From assembly GCA_016180645.1 (NCBI GenBank), contig JACPAV010000020.1, forward strand, positions 1-64,000: DNA of 64,000 nt, given 5' to 3'. The position numbers and the translations under genes were made by a program. A model generated the notes under the pieces. The model saw only the letters and a list, made by a program, of their open reading frames with translations, was not told the origin of the DNA and made no database searches. Source of the stretch: Nitrospirota bacterium. GTDB lineage: Bacteria > JACPQY01. Positions 19,665 through 29,426 of this stretch are shown here, piece after piece; the first letter of the stretch is position 1; each line of letters opens with the position of its first letter.

Positions 19665-22600
19665 GAACGGCTGGCTGCCGCCTGTCGAGCGCCTGATGAT
19701 CCCGGGGCTTGTCATTGCGGGGATGGTCTGCTCGATGCTGATTCGGGCGACTTGGGGCCGGAGGCCGCAGGCTGAACCCTCAAGAACGGGGGGGGCCTCC
19801 GGGAGGAATCGGGCGGGGAGAGCTTGGGCGGGGTTGGTCCTGAGGTACCGGTGGCCGATTATCGTGGGGTTCGGCCTGCTGAGCCTGCTCCCTCTATATG
19901 CCCGGCCGATCATCTACACCGACCCGATCGGAGAGTTTCCGAAAGACGACCCTCTTTACGTGCAGTACCGCAAGCAGGAACACTTGGGGACGGGCCGGCT
20001 GGCGGTGATCTCCCGGAGTTTCCGATGTCTGGACGAGCTATCGAGGATTCTTCCGCGTGACGTGGTTCTCCCGGCGGTGGAAGACACCAGTCCACTTGAT
20101 CGCAAAGGTCTGTTCTTCATGCGCCCCGAGGACTTGGACACGCTCAAGGACTTGGCGGGAAACTACCCCATCGGGTCCGTTCTGAACGCCGGGTCCGCGG
20201 GGGAGCTCTACTACGAGTACGGGAACCTCCTCAGGGTCGCGGTCACCAAGGGAAAGGTGGCCATGAATCCCCGGGACGCCGATACGCGTCTGAATGCGCT
20301 GGACCGGTTTGTGGACGACACGGAGAGGATCCTGCTGAGCGGAGCGGCGCGAGCGAGCGATGTCCTGCCTGAGGCGAATCGTGATCTCCCGCGGAATCAA
20401 GGGAGGCAAAGGCCCCCTGCGCTCCGCTCCGGAGACGATGAATGGAAGAATCATGGGGCCTCGGCATCGCAGATGGCGATGAAGAAGGCGACGCAAGGAC
20501 CGCATGACCCTTCTGATCGTCGTCCCCGGAGCGAAGCGGAGGGGGGGAACCCCGGCTGGGATCCCTTTCCGGTGGAGACGATGCTTCTTCCCGGCGATGC
20601 GGGGGCGTGGCTCGCAGGGAGGGGTTTTATTCTGCCCGTGACATGGGCATACGAGGGCCTCGAAGCCCAGGCGCGTGCGCCGGCATTCTATACCATGTAC
20701 CTCAGGGTCACGGCGCCGCACACGGTGGACCCGAACGTGGGGCGGGAGGCCAAGGCGGCCATGCTTCCCCTGTTCAGGCAGGTCGCGAAACAGAAGGGAT
20801 GTACGGTTGAGGTCACGGCCAACTTGGAGGACGGCCGTGCGGTCATCCGGGAAGAGCCGGATTTCGAGATTGGCGGCGTGTCGGTGGGAAGCGGTGAGAT
20901 CTACGACTTGGTCCTGCGTGACCTGTGGAAGACGGGATTGGCGACCAGCCTGATTGTTCTCGTGGTGTTTACGCTGTTCCTCCGACGGTTCGCCGTCGGT
21001 CTTATTGCGATGGCCGTAACGACGATTCCGGTCCTCATTGCGTGGGGCTTAGGCGGACTCCTTCTGAAAGACATCACGGTGGTCGCCAGCCTGATCATGC
21101 CGCTCCTCATCGGACTCGGGGACGACATCTGTCTCCACATGGTGACGCGCCTCCGGAACCTGGATGGAGACGAGTTCAAGGAGGGCTTGGCGGACATCGT
21201 GGGACCGACGCTGTGGGCCGGCTCGGTATTTGCCGCCGCGGGGCTGGCTCTGAGCGCCGCGTACATCATGGGCCCGCAGCGTATGGGGGCCTTGGCGACC
21301 ATTGGAATGGTCTGCACGACGGCTGCCGCCGTGATGCTTGCGCCGGCGCTGATGTCGGTGGTGCCGCTGAAGTACAGGCGGGATCGGGAGGGCTTGCTGA
21401 AAGCGTTTGCGGACGCGATCGCCGAACGCGTGCAGGTGGGGGCGACGGTGGTGCAGCGAAGGCCGCGGCTTGTCGTGACCCTGGTTGCGGGGCTGGTTGC
21501 AGTGTCGTGCGTGGTGGCGTTCGGGTACCCGGGCGTAAAGATGATATGGAACCCATACAAAGTACTGGCTGAGGTGCCGGGCAAGCGCTGGCTGCACAGG
21601 ACTCAGGAGGCCACGGGCTATTGGCCGGTACCGACCGCGGTGTATCCATCGGATGGAGGGCCGAGCAAGGGGTCGATCCGAACGGATCGACTGGTCGGCA
21701 AGGTGGAATCGTTGGAGAGAGTCATGCCGGGGCTTGAAGCTCCGCGGGTGGTCGAAGAAGCGCGGGCGATCATGGTGAGGGAGGTCGAGAGGGGGAAAAG
21801 CGGCAGGGATCGGAAACTGGCCGAGGGGCTGAGAAGGTTCGATGAGGGGCTGGATGCTCTGGGAGAGATGATGGGCTTGAGCGGCCAGGTGTCGAGCTAC
21901 TACCGCGTGAAGGAGCTACGGGAGAAGGTGCGCTCGCTGATCGCATACGCCATGGAAGACGACGCGGCGCGACGTGAGGCCCTGCGAGACCTGGATACTT
22001 GGGCCGCGGCCAGCGTGGCCGGTGGCCGTGACAAGCTGCTGCGCATGGAGACGACCCGGCCGCAGCCGGACGACCTGCCGTTTTTCGGAGAAGGGGGGCG
22101 GGAAAGGATGTGGGTGTACCCGCGGGAGGCGGTGGTCCACTTGGCCGATGAAAAGATCGAGGAATGGGTCCGGCACACGGACGCCATGGGTGAAACGATC
22201 GGCGCCGAGAAGATCATCCACCACTACATTCAAAGGATGAAGTCGAGTCTGGTGCTGTGCGTCGTCCTGGGGTTTGTCATGATCTTGCTTGCGAATCAGA
22301 TGGCGGCTGGGTCGTGGAAGACGAACTTGATCATCCTGTCCCTTCCGTTGGCCGCGGCCGTGGTGACGGCGGCGGGCATGGCGGTGGTAGGGATTCCGTT
22401 CGATACCTCAAGCGTGTGGGCCTTCGCGCTGCTCCTTGGCATAGGGCTTGACGATGCCGTTCACGTGGTTCATGTCGGCCCGCGGGGATTGGTGCCGATA
22501 CTTCCACCGATGTTGGTGACCACGCTGACGACGGTGGGAGCGGGTGTCACGTTGCTGTTCGCCGGGACTCCTGGGTTTCGCTCGTTCGGTTGGTTCTACA

Positions 22601-22725
22601 TCTTCAGTCTCACGACGGTGTGGATCCTTTCAGTCTTTTTCCTGCCGTGCCTGCTCCAAGTGATGAAGCTGCGCACGGGCGAGGCCGTGGGCCCAGGCTC
22701 AGAACCTGTCCGGGGCTCTGGGTAA
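19663..22725 (+). CDS. MMPL/RND-family transporter
   Basis: Two transmembrane blocks with LLIGLGDD and LLLGIGLDDAVH motifs. Confidence 0.85.
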   Translation: MNGWLPPVERLMIPGLVIAGMVCSMLIRATWGRRPQAEPSRTGGASGRNRAGRAWAGLVLRYRWPIIVGFGLLSLLPLYARPIIYTDPIGEFPKDDPLYVQYRKQEHLGTGRLAVISRSFRCLDELSRILPRDVVLPAVEDTSPLDRKGLFFMRPEDLDTLKDLAGNYPIGSVLNAGSAGELYYEYGNLLRVAVTKGKVAMNPRDADTRLNALDRFVDDTERILLSGAARASDVLPEANRDLPRNQGRQRPPALRSGDDEWKNHGASASQMAMKKATQGPHDPSDRRPRSEAEGGNPGWDPFPVETMLLPGDAGAWLAGRGFILPVTWAYEGLEAQARAPAFYTMYLRVTAPHTVDPNVGREAKAAMLPLFRQVAKQKGCTVEVTANLEDGRAVIREEPDFEIGGVSVGSGEIYDLVLRDLWKTGLATSLIVLVVFTLFLRRFAVGLIAMAVTTIPVLIAWGLGGLLLKDITVVASLIMPLLIGLGDDICLHMVTRLRNLDGDEFKEGLADIVGPTLWAGSVFAAAGLALSAAYIMGPQRMGALATIGMVCTTAAAVMLAPALMSVVPLKYRRDREGLLKAFADAIAERVQVGATVVQRRPRLVVTLVAGLVAVSCVVAFGYPGVKMIWNPYKVLAEVPGKRWLHRTQEATGYWPVPTAVYPSDGGPSKGSIRTDRLVGKVESLERVMPGLEAPRVVEEARAIMVREVERGKSGRDRKLAEGLRRFDEGLDALGEMMGLSGQVSSYYRVKELREKVRSLIAYAMEDDAARREALRDLDTWAAASVAGGRDKLLRMETTRPQPDDLPFFGEGGRERMWVYPREAVVHLADEKIEEWVRHTDAMGETIGAEKIIHHYIQRMKSSLVLCVVLGFVMILLANQMAAGSWKTNLIILSLPLAAAVVTAAGMAVVGIPFDTSSVWAFALLLGIGLDDAVHVVHVGPRGLVPILPPMLVTTLTTVGAGVTLLFAGTPGFRSFGWFYIFSLTTVWILSVFFLPCLLQVMKLRTGEAVGPGSEPVRGSG
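20414..20544. repeat. Two 57-bp family-A units in inverted orientation (20414-20470 minus, 20488-20544 plus), in frame in MMPL
   Basis: Encode PALRSGDDEWKNHGASAS and ATQGPHDPSDRRPRSEAEG. Confidence 0.85.
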
Positions 22726-22736
22726 AGGAGATCGGG

Positions 22737-24728
22737 GTGGCTGGAGGAATCCTTCGACTCGGCCGGCCCGCGATGGGCGGGTTGGTATTGTTTGTCCTTA
22801 CAGGCTGCGGCCCGACGCTCGTGACCGTGAGGGCAAAAGGACGGGTCGTGCTTGACCAGGGAGAACCTGTGGCGGCCGGGGCGCCGCTGATATGTGGATT
22901 CTACACGCGCAAAGGGGGCGCGCATGAGGTTCCCTATGATGAAAAGACAGCGCGGGTTCGGCCGGATGGCACATTTGCAATCGAGCACCAGCTTCCCGTT
23001 GACGAGACCGGGGGCGTGTTTGCCGGCGTGCATGTGAGGGGACAAGCCATCTTCATTGTGGACACGGACGCAGCGGCTGCCGTCAAGGATTGTCCGGAAG
23101 GCGATCGGGGACACGTGTGCGAACTCACGGTCGAAATCGCTGAGAGCTTGACCCCGGAAGCGGCCGCGGTGGCGAAAGCGCGGAGCGAAGGGGAAACGGC
23201 GGATCTATCCGGGTTGTGCGGTCTTCGTGAGGGGCTGAACGGGGTGGGACGGATCCCTGAGCTCAAGGAGGCGGAGCAGGAAGAAAAGGCCCGGCTGTCG
23301 GGTCGTATCGGTTCGAAGGTGGGGGCGGAGCAGGCGGAGGCGCGGCGCCTGATCGAAGCCGAACGAGAGCCGGAGGCGATTGAGCGGCTGGGCTCGCTGG
23401 CGACGATACCATGCGTGGACGATGCTCGACGGAAGGAGCTTCAGAAGGAGGTTGTGCGAGCGGAGGACAGTTTGGCGGTACGGCAGGCCAGGGCGGCCCT
23501 CGGCGCCAAGGCGGTCCCTGAGGCGATGGAGATAGTGGACGGCGTGCTGAAACGCAGTCCGAAGCATGTGGGTGCAATCGAAACCCGCGCGGAGGCGTTG
23601 GTCGCGCTGGAGAGGAAGGCGGAGGCGGTGCAGGAGATCGAGAAGGCGGTGGGGATTGAGCCGAAGAATCCGGCGCTCAGGCTACGGCTGGCGGACGTGC
23701 TCTCATCGATGGATCAGATGGAGGCGGCCGTGAAGCAGTACGAGGCCCACCTTGATCTGGCCCCTCAATCCGTCGAAGGATACGCGGGATTATCAAGAAG
23801 TTTGGGGAAACTCGGTCGTTGGAAAGAAGCGATGTACGCAGCCGGCAAGGCGTTCGATCTCGGGAAGGACCGGGCGGAGTATGCGCTTCTGGCGGGGGGA
23901 TTCGCGCTGCAAGCCGGCGAGCCGGCAGTTGCAGAAGGTCGGTTTGCCGCGGTGCTCGATCTCATACCGGAGTCTTCCGAGGGAGTTGTGGGCGTGGCGA
24001 CGGCACTGGAGAGGGAGGGGCGCGCGGAGGCGGCGTTGGAAGTGTACGAGAAGGCCGTGCGGGCCGGTTTTCTGGACGCTGCAGGATCGTTATCGGCGGG
24101 AAGGGCTCTAAGGCAGGGTGGGAGACTTCAGCCTGCAGTGCGCGCACTCGAGCGGGCCGTGGAGCTGTCTCCGGGGCAGACCGAGCCGGTCTGGCGGGTC
24201 GAGGCCACGATTCTACTCGGGCAGGCGCTTTCCGAGCAGGGGTATCTGGATGCGGCGGTCGAGCGTGTCGCGGGCGCGATACGGCGCGTCCCGACGGAGG
24301 CGAGGCTCTATGTCGTGCTTGGGGAGCTGCAGCTGAAACGGAAGCGGTACGGCGACGCTATCGCCGCGGGCCTCAAAGCCTATTCGCTGGACAAGAAGGA
24401 AGAGACTCGCCTCCTTCTCCTGCATGCTTCGGTGTTGAAGGCCTCCGGAGACCTGGCGACGAGGGGGTTCTCGGCCGAGGAGATTTCCGCGTTGGACCGG
24501 TTCCTGAGCGACGCGGTCGTGGTCGATCAAATCGCAAGGCTGACCGGGATGCTGGTGGAGACCTTTCGTGGCCTGACGCTTTATCGGCGTACAGCGCTCT
24601 TGGCGATCGCGCTGAAAAAGGATGCATCGAGAAGTTGGATTGAGCTGATGCCGGTGAGACCTCCGGAGAGCCTGGTGAAGAAGCTTCTTCGGATGGGACC
24701 CAAGAAGTTTGGAGTGTGGTCGGAATGA
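22737..24728 (+). CDS. Tetratricopeptide-repeat lipoprotein
   Basis: Lipobox LTGC and many TPR units; AAGGAG RBS before the GTG. Confidence 0.8.
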   Translation: MAGGILRLGRPAMGGLVLFVLTGCGPTLVTVRAKGRVVLDQGEPVAAGAPLICGFYTRKGGAHEVPYDEKTARVRPDGTFAIEHQLPVDETGGVFAGVHVRGQAIFIVDTDAAAAVKDCPEGDRGHVCELTVEIAESLTPEAAAVAKARSEGETADLSGLCGLREGLNGVGRIPELKEAEQEEKARLSGRIGSKVGAEQAEARRLIEAEREPEAIERLGSLATIPCVDDARRKELQKEVVRAEDSLAVRQARAALGAKAVPEAMEIVDGVLKRSPKHVGAIETRAEALVALERKAEAVQEIEKAVGIEPKNPALRLRLADVLSSMDQMEAAVKQYEAHLDLAPQSVEGYAGLSRSLGKLGRWKEAMYAAGKAFDLGKDRAEYALLAGGFALQAGEPAVAEGRFAAVLDLIPESSEGVVGVATALEREGRAEAALEVYEKAVRAGFLDAAGSLSAGRALRQGGRLQPAVRALERAVELSPGQTEPVWRVEATILLGQALSEQGYLDAAVERVAGAIRRVPTEARLYVVLGELQLKRKRYGDAIAAGLKAYSLDKKEETRLLLLHASVLKASGDLATRGFSAEEISALDRFLSDAVVVDQIARLTGMLVETFRGLTLYRRTALLAIALKKDASRSWIELMPVRPPESLVKKLLRMGPKKFGVWSE

Positions 24729-24732
24729 AGGA

Positions 24733-24831
24733 ATGTGGTCATGTATTCACGGAGTCATGTGATCATGTGCTCGGACCTGCGTCTCTTCTCCGCTACATGA
24801 CCCCATCACTACATCACCACATGGCCACATG
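24733..24831. repeat. Degenerate 8-mer tandem (CATGTG..) with a complementary copy further right
   Basis: atgtggtcatgt/catgtgatcatgtg versus acatcaccacatggccacatg. Confidence 0.45.
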
Positions 24832-26307
24832 AGGACGCGCGCGCTTGTGGTTGACGACTCAGACATGGACCGGTCCGTCATGGTTGAGGGTGTTCGGCTG
24901 GCGTACTCTGAGGCGGAGATTGCGGAGGCCGGCTCGGGAGCGGACGCGCTTGAGTTGATCCAAGGAAACGCGTTCAACCTGCTGATTACGGACTTGGTGC
25001 TTGGAGAGGGGATAGACGGACTCAAGATCATTGAGCACGCCAGGGATGTACTGCCGCGTATCGGCGTGGTGGTCGTCACGGGGCAGCGGGCCACCCAGCC
25101 GGATGTGCAGAAGGCCCGGGGTCTGGGAGCGAGGCACCTTCTGTTCAAACCGGTTCAACCGGATCTCGTTAGGCGTGCTTGCCGGGATGCGATGCGGTAC
25201 CGATCGCTGGCTGAGAAGGCACGAGAGGCTGTGGCTCCCAGGATGACGGTCAATCCGGAGTTGGGAGATATTGCTGAGATTGTTGGAGACAGCCCGCTCG
25301 TTAAGGCGATGAAGGCGGATATCTACCGTTTTGCGCGGATGGATTCATACCCGGTGCTTGTCACGGGGGAGACGGGAACGGGCAAGGAGCTTGTAGCCAA
25401 GGCCATCCACCGATTCAGCCCGCGGGCGAGGGGTCCGCTCATTCCCGTCAATCTTGCTGAAATCGATCGAGAGCGTTTCGAGTCGGAAATATTCGGCCAC
25501 GTGCGGGGGGCGTTCACCGGGGCGGACCGTGACAATCCGGGCGCCGTGGGGAGGGCCGAAAAGGGGATACTTTTCCTGGATGAGATTGAAGCCCTGTCAT
25601 TGGCCTTGCAGGGCAAGCTACTGAGGTTCTTGGAGTCGCGGGAATTCCAGCGAATGGGGGAGAAAGGGCAGCTTCGTTACGCGGACGTGCGAATCGTGCT
25701 GGCGACCAACCGGAACTTGGACGAGATGGTGTTGGAGGGAGAGTTCCGGGAAGATCTTTACTTCCGGGTCAATGTCTGTTCAATCGCGCTGCCGCCGCTC
25801 CGCGTGCGCGGGGCTGATATTGCAGAGCTGGTGAAGCACTTTATTCAGGTGTTGTCCGGGGAGGTGGGTGTCAAGGTGGAGCGTGTCGAGGATGGCGTAT
25901 ATGAGGCCGCTGCGAAACACGGTTGGCCTGGCAACGTAAGGCAGCTTCGGACGACGGTATTGAGGGCCCTGATGGACGTCACCAAGGCCAATGCAGATCC
26001 AGGGGTTGTCAAGGCAGAGGTGTTCGTTTCTCACATGCACGCCAGCCAGCCGTTAGGGGGTTCCATGGGATTGGGATCAGAAGACACTGCCGTGGACGAG
26101 AGGGTGGGCCAGTTGATCGAAGACGCGGCGGCGAAGGATCTGTTGGCTCAGCTTTGGTATGAAAAGGTGAGTTGGAAAGAGATATGTCGAAGGATCCCGA
26201 GGAACCGAATTACACTCCACACATGGCTGCGGCGGATGTCGGAGGCGGGAAAAATCACCGGCTATCCGCGGAGACTCCACCCGCGGAGTCGGGAGATGGA
26301 GTGGTAG
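24829..26307 (+). CDS. Sigma54-dependent response regulator (NtrC family)
   Basis: Receiver domain (VVDD, ITD), GETGTGKE, GAFTGA, LFLDEI, WPGNVRQL. Confidence 0.93.
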   Translation: MRTRALVVDDSDMDRSVMVEGVRLAYSEAEIAEAGSGADALELIQGNAFNLLITDLVLGEGIDGLKIIEHARDVLPRIGVVVVTGQRATQPDVQKARGLGARHLLFKPVQPDLVRRACRDAMRYRSLAEKAREAVAPRMTVNPELGDIAEIVGDSPLVKAMKADIYRFARMDSYPVLVTGETGTGKELVAKAIHRFSPRARGPLIPVNLAEIDRERFESEIFGHVRGAFTGADRDNPGAVGRAEKGILFLDEIEALSLALQGKLLRFLESREFQRMGEKGQLRYADVRIVLATNRNLDEMVLEGEFREDLYFRVNVCSIALPPLRVRGADIAELVKHFIQVLSGEVGVKVERVEDGVYEAAAKHGWPGNVRQLRTTVLRALMDVTKANADPGVVKAEVFVSHMHASQPLGGSMGLGSEDTAVDERVGQLIEDAAAKDLLAQLWYEKVSWKEICRRIPRNRITLHTWLRRMSEAGKITGYPRRLHPRSREMEW

Positions 26308-26379
26308 GTGATTGTGGGACGGTCGGAGTAACGGGTGGTGGCGCGACGAGTTCTTTTTCAGTTATGGTATCATGGAGTC

Positions 26380-26838
26380 GTGAACATCGAACCATTCGAA
26401 ATCGACTTGGACGGCATAGGAGGGCTGCAGATGCGGCGCACGTCCCTCGCGGCGCACCTGATCGGCACGGTCCTCCCTACGCTCCCGGCAGATGTCCTGA
26501 CGCGGATACAGAGGAAGGCGCTGGAGAGACGGATTGAGGGGGTAAAACGGGTGAAGGCGGAAGAAGGAGAAGAGCCTTGGGACTGGAATCCGGGTGACCA
26601 ACTTCCCGCAGATGATGGAATCGTCGATGCGCTCCTGGGTCCGGGAACATTTCATCTGTTTCTGGCGGAGACGATGGTGGAAGAACTGATGGGCATCGAG
26701 TTCACCAGGGAGCACGTTCCGCAGATGGAGGCCTTCTTCCGCTTCGATGCGCGTACGCGAGTCGAAGCGGAGGCCCGACTGGGCATCCTCTTTGCCTGTC
26801 CTTGGTCGGATCCCGGTTGTGATATGATTGAGTCATGA
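26380..26838 (+). CDS. Hypothetical protein, tandem paralogue A
   Basis: Closely similar to 26902-27315 (NIEPFEID.DGIGGLQMR.TSL.AHLIGTVLPTLP). Confidence 0.7.
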   Translation: MNIEPFEIDLDGIGGLQMRRTSLAAHLIGTVLPTLPADVLTRIQRKALERRIEGVKRVKAEEGEEPWDWNPGDQLPADDGIVDALLGPGTFHLFLAETMVEELMGIEFTREHVPQMEAFFRFDARTRVEAEARLGILFACPWSDPGCDMIES

Positions 26839-26901
26839 AATCGACGATCGAAAGTCGACAATCATTGGATATCCGATGACGATGAATCCATCGGCCGACG
26901 G

Positions 26902-27315
26902 ATGAACATCGAACCATTCGAAATCGACGTGGACGGCATAGGGGGGCTGCAAATGCGGCTTACCTCGCTTGAGGCGCACCTGATTGGCACGGTCCTACCG
27001 ACACTGCCGGGATCGGTCCAGATGCGGATACGCAATCTGGCGCTCCACAAACGAGTTGAGGCGGTAAAGCGGGTCAAGGCCGCGTGGGGGGAAGGGCCTT
27101 GGGAATGGAAGCCTGGTGACCCACTTCCTGCACATGATGGAATTGCCAATGCGCTCCTCGGATCTGGAACGTTTTATCTGTTTGTGGCGGAGACGATGGT
27201 TGAGGAGCTGATGGGTATTGAGTGCACGAATGCCCACGTCCCCCAGATGGAGGCCTTCTTCAAGTTTGATGGGCGTGCGAAGCTGGCCTACGACGCCGCA
27301 CGGGGCGTGCTGTAG
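26902..27315 (+). CDS. Hypothetical protein, tandem paralogue B
   Basis: Direct duplicate of the upstream gene; many differences are synonymous. Confidence 0.7.
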   Translation: MNIEPFEIDVDGIGGLQMRLTSLEAHLIGTVLPTLPGSVQMRIRNLALHKRVEAVKRVKAAWGEGPWEWKPGDPLPAHDGIANALLGSGTFYLFVAETMVEELMGIECTNAHVPQMEAFFKFDGRAKLAYDAARGVL

Positions 27316-27405
27316 CGCCTTTCATCCGCCGGCCGGCAGATTCATGTCCTGACCCACCCCTGAGCGGCAGGCGGGTTATTGCCGCTCGGGAAGCCCGGAT
27401 GCTCC

Positions 27406-28035
27406 TTACGCCGCGGACTCTGCGCGGATCTCTTCGGGGAGCATCGTCGGGCGATTTGCTCGCAAGAACCTCGCGACGATCTCTCGGTTTCTCGCCGGGG
27501 AAGACCAATTGACGTGCGCGAACTGGCGCATCAGGTGCAAGAGGTGATCCCTGTTTTCCGCGGTGAAGGCGTCCTCGCACTCCACCAGCTCGAGGAACCG
27601 AAGAACGGCTGTGGGGCCCGTGAGCATTTGCATCACCTTGCCGTAAGCGGCTTGGTGAATTCCCATCTGGAGCGCGACGAGCGTCGTGTCGAAGCGGCCT
27701 ACGACCTTCATATGGTCGTGCTTCAGGCGGCGGAACACGGCGGAGCCGGCAGCCAGGCGGGCTCTTATCGCGGCGCACAATCCTTCGCAATGGTTTGCGA
27801 GGAGGGTTTGCGCCGCGCTGCGGACGTGGGCGGGAGGCTCATGCTTGGCCTGCCACGCCTCGATGACCGCAATGACGTCCTCTGGATCTCTCACCCTGGC
27901 CAGGGCCTCATCCAGAGGTACGATGTCCTCTTGCGTGACGATCATGCCGAACGTGTCGTTTTCACGCTGTTCCCTGAAGTCGCTGAGGATCTGTTTCACC
28001 CTCTGCGACGGGGAGTTCGCTGCGTGTTTGATCAT
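27406..28035 (-). CDS. Hypothetical protein
   Basis: AGGAAGGAG RBS before MIKH; last gene of the minus-strand run. Confidence 0.55.
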   Translation of the reverse strand: MIKHAANSPSQRVKQILSDFREQRENDTFGMIVTQEDIVPLDEALARVRDPEDVIAVIEAWQAKHEPPAHVRSAAQTLLANHCEGLCAAIRARLAAGSAVFRRLKHDHMKVVGRFDTTLVALQMGIHQAAYGKVMQMLTGPTAVLRFLELVECEDAFTAENRDHLLHLMRQFAHVNWSSPARNREIVARFLRANRPTMLPEEIRAESAA

Positions 28036-28355
28036 GGTGGTCTCCTTCCTTCCCGCCGCGTAGGTTCTCTCCCGAATGACGGGAGGGATCTGCGCGGCGG
28101 GAGAAAGGGCCATCAGCCGCAACGCCAAGGGCGAGGCGGCCAATTCGGGCGAGACAGTCACCAACAGGATAACAACCGCCTGCACACTCAGGCGTGGGTC
28201 AGGAATTTGCACAAGGATCCCACCACCTGTCCGCCTCAGGCGGACCGGAAGGCAGGTCTTCGGCCTGGTGACGGGTGGTGGGATGATGGCGCGTGGGCCA
28301 TGCACCACGTGGGGTGCATGGTTCACACCGAAGGAGGGAGACCGAAGACTGAGGC

Positions 28356-29426
28356 TCACAGCATCCTCAAGGAGAAGCGGCCCCGGCCGGTTTCTTTCAC
28401 CTTGTAGAGTTCGTCGTCGGCGGCGCGGAGGGCAACGACAGGAGGCACGGTGGCAGGCGCTCGCACGAATCCGGAGCTGAGGGAGTAGGGCACCGACTGG
28501 AGTTCCTTGGGGACAAGGTCGTAGAGCTGTTTTGCCTTGTCCTTGAGACGGGAGGCGTCCGTGGGACAGAAAAACACCCCGAATTCGTCGCCGCCTAAGC
28601 GGCCGGCAAAACTGCCCTGACTGGTGACGGACTTGAGGCAGGCCGCCGCGGTCTTGATCGCCTCATTGCCCCCGTCATGACCGAGGCTGTCGTTGATCCT
28701 TTTGAGGAAATCCACGTCCACGAAGGCGACCCCGTAGGAATCCGTCGGCCGAAGCTGCCGGCATTCATCGACAACGCGTTTCATGAAGTAGGCGTGAAGG
28801 AACAAGCCCGTAAGTCCGTCCAGGGTGGCTCCTCGCTCGGCATATCGCGCGCGCTGGGCAAGGTTTCGGACTTTGTCGGTGTTGCGGCGTCGCATCTTGG
28901 CAAGAAGGTCGGCGCGGTTAAGGAGGAACCACGCTTCGCCGAGGTTACGAGGAGAAAGGGAGACATCGCAGCCCGCGATCAGGAGGTCGGTAACGCGATC
29001 GAGAGACAACTCATCGGTCCAGACGGCGATACAGGACACGTGGTCGGCGAGCGGACCGCCCCCGGATGCCAGGAGGAGGGCTCGGAGGGCCGTGGCGTCG
29101 TCCGCGCCGCAGTAGATGATGCGGAGGTCCCCCGGGGCCGTGGGGTCGATTCGATTCTCGTTTTGAGCCCAGGTGACACGGAGCCCGTCTGGACTGAACA
29201 CGGTCATCCGGGTTGCGAGCTGTGCCGCGCTGACATCCCCGATGAGGATCCAGACCGGTGGCGGGAGGGCGGCTGAAGTGCCGTTGTCCCCTTCGCGTCG
29301 CTCCGGGGACGACCCCCTTCGCTCCGCTCCGGGGACGATGATAGGATTCGCGATGGGGTCTTCGCGTCGCGATCGGATTTGCCGTGGGGTCTGTGCGTCG
29401 ACCCGGGGGCTAGGCTGGTACGGCAT
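28356..29426 (-). CDS. Diguanylate cyclase (GGDEF)
   Basis: DGLTGL, DVDFLKRINDSLGHDGGN, RLGGDEF, AD..LY..K..GR. Confidence 0.9.
   Translation of the reverse strand: MPYQPSPRVDAQTPRQIRSRREDPIANPIIVPGAERRGSSPERREGDNGTSAALPPPVWILIGDVSAAQLATRMTVFSPDGLRVTWAQNENRIDPTAPGDLRIIYCGADDATALRALLLASGGGPLADHVSCIAVWTDELSLDRVTDLLIAGCDVSLSPRNLGEAWFLLNRADLLAKMRRRNTDKVRNLAQRARYAERGATLDGLTGLFLHAYFMKRVVDECRQLRPTDSYGVAFVDVDFLKRINDSLGHDGGNEAIKTAAACLKSVTSQGSFAGRLGGDEFGVFFCPTDASRLKDKAKQLYDLVPKELQSVPYSLSSGFVRAPATVPPVVALRAADDELYKVKETGRGRFSLRML
29288..29401 (-). repeat. Family-A unit nested in a family-A unit (114 bp), in the GGDEF N-terminus
   Basis: Outer left half, full inner unit, outer right half. Confidence 0.8.
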
